Part shown: positions 10,839-20,374 of the stretch, one piece after another | How positions within the stretch are numbered: position 1 is the stretch's first letter | Layout of the letters: each line of letters begins with the position of its first letter | Assembly (NCBI GenBank): GCA_963702005.1 | Contig: OY969696.1 | Location: 1,376,001 to 1,440,000, forward strand | Direction: 5' to 3' | DNA: 64,000 nt | Origin: Candidatus Aminicenantes bacterium | GTDB taxonomy: Bacteria > Acidobacteriota > Aminicenantia > Aminicenantales > JAFGBC01 | Position numbers and translations under genes: made by a program | The notes under the pieces: generated by a model | The model's input: the letters and a program-made list of their open reading frames with translations, nothing else | Told to the model about the DNA's origin: nothing | The model's database searches: none

Positions 10839-12688
10839 GGCCTTGTCGAGCTCGGCCTGAAGCCGGCGAGCGCCCGCCCTTTTTCTCCCGAGTACTTGGA
10901 TACGGCCCGGATTTTAGGGGGGCAGACATTGAAGCAGGCGCCGCACTTGATGCAGGCGGCCTGGTTGATGACATGGACTCTCTTTCGTTCACCCGCGATG
11001 GCGTCGGCCGGACAGCTCTTGAGACACAGGAGGCAGCCGACGCATTTCTCGGGCTCGATGAAGAAGGTGATCAGGTTCTTGCAGACGAGCGCGGGGCAGC
11101 TGCGGTCGCTGATATGGGCTTGGTATTCGTCCCGGAAATAGCGCAGCGTAGACAGGACGGGATTGGGAACCGTCTGGCCGAGGCCGCAGAGCGAGCCGCG
11201 TTTTACCGTCCGGGCCAGGGCTTCCAGCCGCTCCAAGTCGGCCGCCGTCCCCGCTCCGTCCGCGATCCGGGCCAGGATCTCAGCCATTCGGCGCGTCCCG
11301 ATCCGGCAGGGGGGGCATTTGCCACAGGATTCCTCCTGGGTAAAGCGCAGGAAATAGAGGGCGATGTCCACCATGCAGGTGTCCTCGTCCATCACGATCA
11401 TGCCGCCCGAACCCATCATGGCGCCGGCCTGGGTCAGGCTCTCGTAGTCGACCGGAAGATCCAGAAGCTGTTTGGGGATGCAGCCGCCGGAAGGACCGCC
11501 GATCTGGACGGCCTTGAACTCTCGGCCACCGGGGATGCCGCCGCCGATGCCGAAGATGATCTCCCGCAGCCGGATTCCCATCGGCACCTCGACCAGCCCC
11601 GTGTTGTTGATCTTGCCGACGAGAGAGAAGATCTTCGTCCCCTTGCTCGTCTCGGTGCCCAGCCCGGAGAACCAGGCGGCGCCGCGCCGGATGATGGATG
11701 AGACGTTGGCCCAGGTCTCGACGTTGTTGATCACGGTCGGTTTCCCCCACAGGCCGTGCTGGGCCGGGTAAGGCGGCCTCTGCCGGGGGTAGGCCCGCTG
11801 GCCCTCGATGGAGCCGATGAGGGCGGTCTCTTCGCCCGAAACGAAGGCGCCGGCTCCCCGGACGATCTCGAGGTCGAAGTTGAAACCCGAACCAAGGATA
11901 TCCTCCCCAAGCAGGCCAAGTTCATGCGCCTGCCGGAGGGCAATGCCCATGCGCTTGACCGCCAAGGGGTATTCGTCACGGATATAGATGAATCCTTTGT
12001 CCGCCCCGATCGCTTTAGCCCCGATCACCATCCCTTCGAGGACGGCGTGGGGGTCGGCCTCGAGGACGGACCGGTCCATGAACGCACCCGGGTCTCCCTC
12101 GTCGCCGTTACAGATCAGGTATTTAGGTGCGGCTTCCTCCCGCTGACAGAGGGCCCACTTCTTGCCCGTGGGAAAACCGGCGCCGCCCCGCCCCCGGAGC
12201 CCGGAGGCGCTGATCTCGGCGATGATCTCGGCCGGCGACATCGTCGTTAAGGCCTTGGCCATGGCGTCGTAGCCGTCGTAGGCAATGTATTCCTCGACGT
12301 TCTCCGGGTCGATGCGGCCCCGGTTGCGGAGGACGATAAGCCGCTGGTACTTGAAGAAATCAATGTCCGCCATCTTAGGAATGGGCGTTTTCTCTGCGGG
12401 CGGGACATACATCAATTTTTGGACCGGTCGGCCCTTGATCAGGTGCTCCTCAACGAAGAACGGTACATCCTCGATGGTGAGGCGCTGGTAGAAGATACCT
12501 TCCGGATGGACCATCAAGATCGGACCCCGCTCGCAGAATCCGTTGCAGCCCGTGGCCACGATGAGGATCTCGTCCTGGAGTCCCCGCCGCGCGACTTCCT
12601 TCTCCAAGGCCTCTTTGAGGGCGAAGGAGCCGCAGGATACGCATCCCGTCCCGGCGCAAACCAGAAGATGAGTCCGATATTGCTTCAA
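10835..12688 (-). CDS. NuoF/HydB-like FMN/NADH subunit of the bifurcating (BfuB) type
   Basis: N-terminal thioredoxin-like [2Fe-2S] (CAGTGC..CNGFC), GRGGAGFPTG, DEGDPGAFMDR, ESCGKCPPCR, SLCGLG, TC..HISDRSCPALVC, two C-terminal [4Fe-4S] motifs. Confidence 0.92.
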   Translation of the reverse strand: MKQYRTHLLVCAGTGCVSCGSFALKEALEKEVARRGLQDEILIVATGCNGFCERGPILMVHPEGIFYQRLTIEDVPFFVEEHLIKGRPVQKLMYVPPAEKTPIPKMADIDFFKYQRLIVLRNRGRIDPENVEEYIAYDGYDAMAKALTTMSPAEIIAEISASGLRGRGGAGFPTGKKWALCQREEAAPKYLICNGDEGDPGAFMDRSVLEADPHAVLEGMVIGAKAIGADKGFIYIRDEYPLAVKRMGIALRQAHELGLLGEDILGSGFNFDLEIVRGAGAFVSGEETALIGSIEGQRAYPRQRPPYPAQHGLWGKPTVINNVETWANVSSIIRRGAAWFSGLGTETSKGTKIFSLVGKINNTGLVEVPMGIRLREIIFGIGGGIPGGREFKAVQIGGPSGGCIPKQLLDLPVDYESLTQAGAMMGSGGMIVMDEDTCMVDIALYFLRFTQEESCGKCPPCRIGTRRMAEILARIADGAGTAADLERLEALARTVKRGSLCGLGQTVPNPVLSTLRYFRDEYQAHISDRSCPALVCKNLITFFIEPEKCVGCLLCLKSCPADAIAGERKRVHVINQAACIKCGACFNVCPPKIRAVSKYSGEKGRALAGFRPSSTRP

Positions 12689-12710
12689 GCCGCTCCTTCA
12701 ATTCATCGTT

Positions 12711-13247
12711 TCAGCGTCGGCGGCCGGCGCCGGGAGGATTGCGACGCGGCCGCTCCGGCCGCCGTCCGAGCGTCTCCAGGACCGCGTTGGCCTTGGTCTC
12801 GGTCATCTGGCCGTAGTACCGGCCGTCCACGATTGCGAGCGGAGCTAGCGCGCAGGCGCCTAGACAGTTGACTCGCTCCAGCGTGTATTCCTTGTCGGGC
12901 GAGGTTTCGCCGGCCGAGATCCCGAGCTTTCGCTCGAAGGACTCCAAGATAGCCGCCCCTCCCCGGACATGGCAGGCCGTCCCTTGGCAGACCGTACAGA
13001 TATGGCGCCCGCGGGGTTTCAGGCTGAAGGATTTATAAAAGGTGGCGACACTGTAGACGTGGGCCAACGGGACGTCCAATCCCCGAGCCACTTCTTCCAG
13101 GACCTGGGGGGAGAGCCAGCGCTCGCGGTCCTGGACGTCTTGGAGGATGGGGATGATAGCCCGTCTCTGGCCGTCGTACTTGGCGATGATGCGACGCACA
13201 GCCGTCGGCTTGGAATCCGTCCCGCTCGTTTTTCTTTTCTGTGTCAT
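12711..13247 (-). CDS. NuoE/HydC-like [2Fe-2S] subunit
   Basis: VATFY, CQGTACHVRG, CLGACALAP. Confidence 0.93.
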   Translation of the reverse strand: MTQKRKTSGTDSKPTAVRRIIAKYDGQRRAIIPILQDVQDRERWLSPQVLEEVARGLDVPLAHVYSVATFYKSFSLKPRGRHICTVCQGTACHVRGGAAILESFERKLGISAGETSPDKEYTLERVNCLGACALAPLAIVDGRYYGQMTETKANAVLETLGRRPERPRRNPPGAGRRR

Positions 13248-13301
13248 ATAGCGATTACGTTACAGAAAAACCGCGGAGCTTGTCAATGGGTGTTTAAAGA
13301 A

Positions 13302-13892
13302 TCAACGGCAGCGCTGCCAGTCGGACTCGCTGAACAAGCGGTCCAATTCTTTCCAAAGGTCTTTGACGTCGCAGCTCATGACGATCAAATCCTGGGAGAC
13401 GCCCTTGAGATCCTTGACGAAGTCGGGCAGTATGGATTCCTCGCGGAAGCCGAGCCGACGGAAAATTTTCTGGGCCCCGACCTGGGGCCTCATCATCCGG
13501 GCCACGATCGTCTGAAGCTTGTTTTGAACGGCCAAGAAATAGAGTTCCCGGATCATGATCGTTCCCAGTCCCCGCTGTTGGAAGGGCCGGGCGGCGATGA
13601 CCCGGATCTCGCCCTGGTGCTTGCTCCAGGCCTCGCCCGAAAGCTCGAGAGCACCGCTGGCGACGATCAGGCCGCCGTGGACGGCCACGATCCGGATGTC
13701 ATCGCCGGTTTCGATCCGGCGGAGTCTCTTGGCCACGACTTTCTCCTCGGTGACGTCGAACTTCAGGTACTTTCGGTCCTCGAGCGGGAGAGCGTTGTAG
13801 AAGTCCATGAGCTTGTGGATGTCCTCCATCACGAGTCTCCGGATCGTCACCTCGGTGCCGTCTTTGAGTCTTTCGATCTTATCCATGGCCAT
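13302..13892 (-). CDS. GNAT family N-acetyltransferase
   Basis: LKDGTEVTIR start, acetyl-CoA motif FQQRGLGT, FRRLGFREE. Confidence 0.85.
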   Translation of the reverse strand: MAMDKIERLKDGTEVTIRRLVMEDIHKLMDFYNALPLEDRKYLKFDVTEEKVVAKRLRRIETGDDIRIVAVHGGLIVASGALELSGEAWSKHQGEIRVIAARPFQQRGLGTIMIRELYFLAVQNKLQTIVARMMRPQVGAQKIFRRLGFREESILPDFVKDLKGVSQDLIVMSCDVKDLWKELDRLFSESDWQRCR

Positions 13893-13933
13893 CCCGTCCT
13901 CTATCGTGGAATTTCCGCCACCAGTCTGGTTTC

Positions 13934-13962
13934 ACTATATGAATGGGGTCGGGAATTGTCAA
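13934..13962 (-). promoter_or_regulatory. Sigma70-type promoter for the GNAT gene
   Basis: Minus strand TTGACA-17 nt-TATAGT. Confidence 0.75.
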
Positions 13963-13997
13963 GCCGGCCCCCGCCTGTCGCGGGCCGGCGGCGGACG

Positions 13998-15356
13998 TGT
14001 CAACTCATATAACCATGTTACCGAAACGGTAGTCATTGCATCACCGAAAATGATACCGAAGAAGGATCGAGTTTTTTGTAAGGATCGACCTGGACAAGCC
14101 CCTTGCGTTTCTTCTCATACAGGGTAAAAAGTCTCTTCAGCTTCTGGTCGATCCGACGCTTCAAGTCGGCGGGATTGAGACTGCGATAGAGGTCGTCCAG
14201 GGTTTTGAGGGCCTCCGGGGGGAGTTGCCCCAACTCCCGGAGGATCCGATAGGGCGTCTGGGGCTTCGCATAGCGCCTGCGGGTCTTCCCATCGACCCGT
14301 TCCTTGCGCTCGAGTCTCATTACCGGCTGGAAGAAGTTCTTGAAGAGCCGCAGCTCGTTTCTGTATAGATCGTTTATCAGGTTCAGCTCTTCGGGGGTGT
14401 CATAGCGCAGGTAGCCCAGCGGCCGGCGGACATGGGTGAAGTTCTTCTGTTCGATATAGGCGTTGTCGTTCTTGCGATAGGGCCGGGACCGGGTGAAGGC
14501 CAGTCCCTCCTCCTGGGTGTACCGGTAGAGCTGATCGTTGATGAAGGCGTTGTCGTTGTCCGAGTCGATCCCCCGCCAGGTGAAGGGGGTCCTGGCCCGG
14601 ATCTTCTTGATAGCATCGAAAATCCGGCCCTGGGCGCGGCCCATTACCGCCTCGCCCTCCCACCAGGTCGAGCCGATCTCCAGGGCGGAGAGGCTGTGGG
14701 CATACTCGCCGGCCGTCGAAGCCCCGCAGTGGAGAACCAAGTCCATCTCCAGGAACCCGACTTGGTGGAGGTCCCAATCGGTCATTTTCAGCGGGATCTT
14801 CTTGGCGATGAGATTCCCCCCGACCCGCCCGTAGCGCCGTTGGGCGATCCATTCGGTCTTCCTCGACTTCAGGAGGCGGTCGATCGTGGCCGGCGAGACC
14901 CGCCGAAGTTGCCGGGCGGTCTTCTCATCGACCTCAAGCTCACCCAAAGCGCGAAGCCTACCCAACTCCTCCTCGACCAAGGGCTTCAGCCTCTGGCCGC
15001 AAGGCCGATCGAAGATCTCCCAGAGCGTCTCTAGGGCCACCCGCACAGGCCTTCCGTACACCCGCCGTCTCGCCTTCCGGGGCCGCGAGTCCCCCTTAAG
15101 GAGGCTGGCCATCTTCCGCAGAACAGACTTGCGCGCCAGGCCCGTATTGCGGCAGTATTCGTCTAAAAGCGCGCTCTTCCCCCTTTTTCGGGCCCTGAGA
15201 TACCGTCCCAAGAGAGCTTTCAGATACTGTTCTCGTGATCGCATGTCCATCCTATCCATGTCACCCTATCCTTTAGGAGATTTGGGTAACATTTTATATG
15301 ATTCAACGGGCTTTCCTTCGGTAACATTTTACGTGATTCAATGCGGCGGATTGACA
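13998..15356. mobile_element. Insertion sequence with single DDE transposase and paired subterminal ~22-bp repeats; termini tentative
   Basis: GGTAACATTTTA(TA/CG)TGATTCAA at 15285-15306 and 15320-15341; inverted degenerate copies at ~14001-14022 and 14036-14057; TGTCAA (13998) and TTGACA (15351-15356) as candidate ends; no exact target duplication. Confidence 0.75.
14033..15259 (-). CDS. DDE/integrase-core transposase (ISNCY-like)
   Basis: SPATIDRLL, GFLEMDLVLHCG, GIDSDN, FTRSRPYRKNDNAYIEQKN. Confidence 0.9.
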   Translation of the reverse strand: MDRMDMRSREQYLKALLGRYLRARKRGKSALLDEYCRNTGLARKSVLRKMASLLKGDSRPRKARRRVYGRPVRVALETLWEIFDRPCGQRLKPLVEEELGRLRALGELEVDEKTARQLRRVSPATIDRLLKSRKTEWIAQRRYGRVGGNLIAKKIPLKMTDWDLHQVGFLEMDLVLHCGASTAGEYAHSLSALEIGSTWWEGEAVMGRAQGRIFDAIKKIRARTPFTWRGIDSDNDNAFINDQLYRYTQEEGLAFTRSRPYRKNDNAYIEQKNFTHVRRPLGYLRYDTPEELNLINDLYRNELRLFKNFFQPVMRLERKERVDGKTRRRYAKPQTPYRILRELGQLPPEALKTLDDLYRSLNPADLKRRIDQKLKRLFTLYEKKRKGLVQVDPYKKLDPSSVSFSVMQ

Positions 15357-15380
15357 GGAGTCCGGCGTCGGTGCTATTGT
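15351..15380 (+). promoter_or_regulatory. Sigma70-type promoter for the two-component operon
   Basis: TTGACA-18 nt-TATTGT with a TG extension. Confidence 0.55.
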
Positions 15381-15390
15381 GGACACTGGA

Positions 15391-17418
15391 ATGCCGATGC
15401 CAATCCGGCGACATGTGCGGCGTTTTTTTAATTTTTCGCTTCGTCGCAAGCTCATCCTGAACTTCCTGGCCGTCATTGCGATGGGCGGCGTCCTGACGCT
15501 CATCATCGGCACCCGGCTCGAGCACAATACGATCATCTCTCTGGCCGAAGCCAAGGTCTGGCACGACCTGGCCTCGGCGCGAATGGTCTATCAGGTCAGG
15601 CTGAACGGCCTCAGCGATATCGTCAGACTCAGCGCCGGCCAGGAATTCCTCCGGGAGGGGCTCCGTTCCGGACGCCGCGAGTCTTTGATCCCCAAGCTCG
15701 ACGAAATCCGCCGAGAGTTCGGGCTGGACATCTTGACCCTCACGGACGGCCGCGGCCGCGTCGTTGTCCGCTCGCGCCGTCCCGATCAGGCCGGCGACGA
15801 TCAATCCCGGGACCCGTTCATCGTCCGCGCTCTCCAAGGTCATATCGCGGCCGGGACCCAGATCGTCGTCCGGGACGAGCTTCTCAAGGAGGGATCCGAC
15901 CTGGCCGAGCGGGCCTATTTCAAGTTTGTCCCGACGCCCATGGCCGCCAGCCGCTCCGACGATCATGAAGAAAACGGCATGATGCTCAAAGCCGCCGTTC
16001 CGGTCTCGGGGGAGGGGGGGGCGCCGCTCGGGGTCCTCTATGGCGGGCTGCTCTTCAACCGGAATTACGAGCTCGTGGACCGGGTTAAGGACATCGTCTT
16101 CAAGGGCGAGAAATACAAGGGCCACGACATCGGAACAGCGACCCTGTTCCAGGACGACCTTCGGATCTCCACCAACGTCCTGGATGACAAGGGAAACCGG
16201 GCCGAGGGGACCCGGGTTTCCCGAGAGGTCAACGAGGCCGTGTTGCGCCGGGGACAGCCCTACCTCGGCCGCGCCTTTGTCGTGACAGCCTGGTACATCA
16301 CCGCTTATGAGCCGATCCGGGACTTCGAAGGACGGACCATCGGCATGCTTTACGTCGGAATGCTGGAGAAGCCGTACATCGACCTGCGCAACGGGGTCAT
16401 GGCGACCTTCGCCGGACTCGCCGGCCTGTGCACGCTGTTTCTGCTAGGCCTGCTGTCCTTTGTCGCCGGACGGATCACCCGCCCCCTGGCCGTCATGGTC
16501 GAGGCCACGGGCAAGATCGCCCAGGGCGACCTTGGCCACCGGGTCAATATCGAGGGGCGGGACGAGATCGGCCAATTGGCCCGGGCGTTCAATCAGATGA
16601 CAGAGAACCTGCTGAACGCCCGCGAAGACCTGACCCAGTGGGGTCGGACGCTTGAGCGGAGGGTCGAGGAGCGGACCCTGCAGCTCCGCGAAACCCAGGA
16701 CCATCTCATCCGATCTGAAAAGATGGCCTCGCTGGGCAAAATCGCGGCCGGCGTGGCCCACGAGATCAACAATCCCTTGACCTCGATCCTAATCCACACC
16801 CATCTCCTGCTCGAGCAGGGCGGCGACCGGCCTGGGGGCCGGGAATCCCTCGCGCTCATCGCTGATGAAACATCGCGTTGCGCCCAGATCGTGGAGGGCT
16901 TGCTCGATTTCGCCCGCCAGACGCCTTCCCGGTCGGTTCCCAGCGACATCAACGATATTCTCGATCGGACCCTTCAGCTCCTGGAAAAGCAGGCCTCGGT
17001 CCGGAATATCCGGATCGAGAAGAGGCTCGATCTTTCGCTCCCGCCGATCGACCTCGACAAGAACAAGATCCGGCAGGTCTTCTCCAACCTCGTCATCAAC
17101 GCCTGCGAGGCGATGCCGAAGGGGGGAGTGCTCACCGTGACAAGCCGTTTGAGCCGCGACGGCACGGGCATCGAGACCGTGTTTTCCGATACGGGGGTCG
17201 GGATCCCCAAGGACAACATACCCAACCTGTTCGACCCGTTCTTCACGACCAAGAGCTTTGGGACGGGGTTGGGCCTGGCCGTCAGCTACGGAATCATCCG
17301 GCAGCGGGGCGGATCGATCGACGTCCAGAGCGAGGTCGGGCGGGGGGCGACGTTCACAATCCATATTCCCCTGGCGGTCAGCAACGAAGAATCTGAACGA
17401 GAGGGTGGAGAACCATGA
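15391..17418 (+). CDS. Membrane sensor histidine kinase (Cache periplasmic domains, HAMP, HisKA, HATPase)
   Basis: Two TM helices, RISTNV..RAEGT/YITAYEPI Cache motifs, AHEINNPL, DTGVGI, FFTTK, GTGLGL. Start 15391 or 15397. Confidence 0.93.
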   Translation: MPMPIRRHVRRFFNFSLRRKLILNFLAVIAMGGVLTLIIGTRLEHNTIISLAEAKVWHDLASARMVYQVRLNGLSDIVRLSAGQEFLREGLRSGRRESLIPKLDEIRREFGLDILTLTDGRGRVVVRSRRPDQAGDDQSRDPFIVRALQGHIAAGTQIVVRDELLKEGSDLAERAYFKFVPTPMAASRSDDHEENGMMLKAAVPVSGEGGAPLGVLYGGLLFNRNYELVDRVKDIVFKGEKYKGHDIGTATLFQDDLRISTNVLDDKGNRAEGTRVSREVNEAVLRRGQPYLGRAFVVTAWYITAYEPIRDFEGRTIGMLYVGMLEKPYIDLRNGVMATFAGLAGLCTLFLLGLLSFVAGRITRPLAVMVEATGKIAQGDLGHRVNIEGRDEIGQLARAFNQMTENLLNAREDLTQWGRTLERRVEERTLQLRETQDHLIRSEKMASLGKIAAGVAHEINNPLTSILIHTHLLLEQGGDRPGGRESLALIADETSRCAQIVEGLLDFARQTPSRSVPSDINDILDRTLQLLEKQASVRNIRIEKRLDLSLPPIDLDKNKIRQVFSNLVINACEAMPKGGVLTVTSRLSRDGTGIETVFSDTGVGIPKDNIPNLFDPFFTTKSFGTGLGLAVSYGIIRQRGGSIDVQSEVGRGATFTIHIPLAVSNEESEREGGEP

Positions 17419-17801
17419 CAAATCCGGCAAAAAAAAGGATTCTTGTCGTCGACGATGAGGCGACGGTCTGCAAGAGCATCCGGCAGGCGCTCCTCTGTGT
17501 AGAGTACGATATCGAGATCGCCTTGAGCGGGGAAGAGGCCTTGCGGATGGCTGAAAACAAGGATTACGAGGTGATGGTCGTCGACCTGATGATGCCGGGT
17601 CTGAACGGACTGGATCTGCTGAGGTCGATCAAGGCCAAAAATTCCTCGGCCCGAATCATCATGGTCACGGGATACCCCACGATGAAGAATACCCTCCAGG
17701 CCATGCAGATCGGGGCATTCGACTTTCTGCCCAAGCCGTTCCTGCCCTCCGACCTCCGTAAAATCGTCGCCAAGGCCTTGGCCGTTCAGGACCAAGACTA
17801 G
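17415..17801 (+). CDS. Single-domain response regulator (receiver only)
   Basis: ILVVDDE, DLMMPGLNG, VTGY, FLPKPF; ATGA overlap with the kinase. Confidence 0.93.
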   Translation: MTNPAKKRILVVDDEATVCKSIRQALLCVEYDIEIALSGEEALRMAENKDYEVMVVDLMMPGLNGLDLLRSIKAKNSSARIIMVTGYPTMKNTLQAMQIGAFDFLPKPFLPSDLRKIVAKALAVQDQD

Positions 17802-17805
17802 GGCG

Positions 17806-17957
17806 AGTCAACCCCTCGACTCCCCGGCATGAATGCCGGGGCTTGTTCGGGGTTAACCCTGAGCCGCGCTTTTCGTCCCCGCCTTTCAGGGCGGCACACA
17901 CGAACCGTTCCCGGTTCGTGAGTACTTCAAGGCTGGGTAGCGTCGGCGAACGGGTCA
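17806..17957 (-). repeat. Structured dispersed repeat (REP/MITE-like), long copy
   Basis: Hairpins CCCCGGCAT-GA-ATGCCGGGG (17822-17841) and CACGAACCG-TTCC-CGGTTCGTG (17899-17920). Both ends match 61714-61796 (35/39 and 14/15 nt). Confidence 0.85.
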
Positions 17958-18833
17958 GGAGCGCTGGGATAAGGACTCTCGGAGCCTGTCGCCGATTTCG
18001 GCCGGGCTGACGGCGACGTGGACGCCGGCGGCCTGGAGGGCGTCCATTTTTTCCTTGGCCGTTCCTTTCCCTCCAGCGATGATGGCGCCGGCGTGCCCCA
18101 TCCGCCGGCCGGGCGGGGCGGTTTGTCCGGCGATGAAGCCGACGACCGGTTTGCCGTAGCCCTCTTGGATATAGGCCGCGGCCTCCTCTTCGGCCGTGCC
18201 TCCGATCTCGCCGATCAGGATGACGGCTTCGGTCTCCGGGTCGTTTTTGAACAACTTCAGCAGGTCGACGAACTTCAGCCCGACGATCGGGTCGCCGCCG
18301 ATGCCCACGGCCGTGGATTGGCCCAAGCCCTGCCGGGTCACCTGTTGGACGGCCTCATAGGTCAATGTGCCTGAACGTGAAATAATCCCGACCGTCCCCC
18401 GCTTGTGGATGTGGCCGGGCATGATCCCGATCTTGGATTTTCCGGGGGAGATGAGGCCCGGCGTGTTCGGTCCGATCAGAGACGCCGGCTTATCCTTAAG
18501 GAACGTTGTGACCTTGATCATGTCGAAGGTGGGGATGCCTTCGGTGATGCAGACCACCAGCTTGAGGCCCGCGTCCGCGCATTCCATGATGGCGTCGGCT
18601 GCGGCGAAGGGCGGCACGAAGATCGCCGCCGCGTCGGCCCCCTCGGATACAGCGGCCTCGGCCACGGTGTTGAAGACGGGGACGCCGAGGTGCTTGGTCC
18701 CGCCCTTGCCGGGCGTCATGCCGGCCACGACCTTCGTGCCGTATTCGATCATCTTTTGGGCGTGGAACGTGCCTTCACTGCCGGTGATCCCCAGGACGAC
18801 GACCCGCGTTTTTTCATCGAGGAGGATGCTCAT
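17955..18833 (-). CDS. sucD: Succinyl-CoA synthetase alpha subunit
   Basis: [28 protein letters not shown] (phospho-His). Confidence 0.97.
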   Translation of the reverse strand: MSILLDEKTRVVVLGITGSEGTFHAQKMIEYGTKVVAGMTPGKGGTKHLGVPVFNTVAEAAVSEGADAAAIFVPPFAAADAIMECADAGLKLVVCITEGIPTFDMIKVTTFLKDKPASLIGPNTPGLISPGKSKIGIMPGHIHKRGTVGIISRSGTLTYEAVQQVTRQGLGQSTAVGIGGDPIVGLKFVDLLKLFKNDPETEAVILIGEIGGTAEEEAAAYIQEGYGKPVVGFIAGQTAPPGRRMGHAGAIIAGGKGTAKEKMDALQAAGVHVAVSPAEIGDRLRESLSQRS

Positions 18834-18854
18834 GGAAGGCTCCTTTGGTTCGGC

Positions 18855-20012
<1,158 letters not shown>

Positions 20013-20066
20013 TTCATTCGTCCTGGTAGAAAAAGTTTCCTGGGCCGAAACGCCTCGGCCGCACTC

Positions 20067-20095
20067 CTTATAGCAAAGGATCCTTTTGATGTCAA
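20067..20095 (-). promoter_or_regulatory. Sigma70-type promoter for sucCD
   Basis: Minus strand TTGACA-17 nt-TATAAG with a TG extension. Confidence 0.7.
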
Positions 20096-20097
20096 AC

Positions 20098-20115
20098 CGG
20101 TGAACGAGTTCACGA
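20098..20115. promoter_or_regulatory. Palindromic operator (Rex- or CRP/FNR-like) between divergent -35 boxes
   Basis: cgGTGAA-CGAG-TTCACga; matches the core of Rex TTGTGAA-N4-TTCACAA and of CRP TGTGA-N6-TCACA. Confidence 0.55.
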
Positions 20116-20117
20116 CC

Positions 20118-20146
20118 TTGACAGTTCTCGTTAAAATATCTATAGT
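20118..20146 (+). promoter_or_regulatory. Sigma70-type promoter for the mvh-hdr-frd-kor operon
   Basis: TTGACA-17 nt-TATAGT. Confidence 0.8.
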
Positions 20147-20374
20147 AAAAAACTCGGTAGTGCTTGCTGCGACTTACCCATGAGTGAGCAACCATGGCGG
20201 GCGGGACGGAATCATCCCGATTCCTTTGCGTATTTTTCTCCCTCCGGCGATCATCGCTCTCCTACTGCCCATTTTTACCGCATCCGGCGCCGGGCGCTTC
20301 CCTTGAGTCCCGTCTTCATGGCCGGGTCCGAAGGGCGGAAGCTAACCCTTAGCCCCATCCCGAAAGGATGATCC

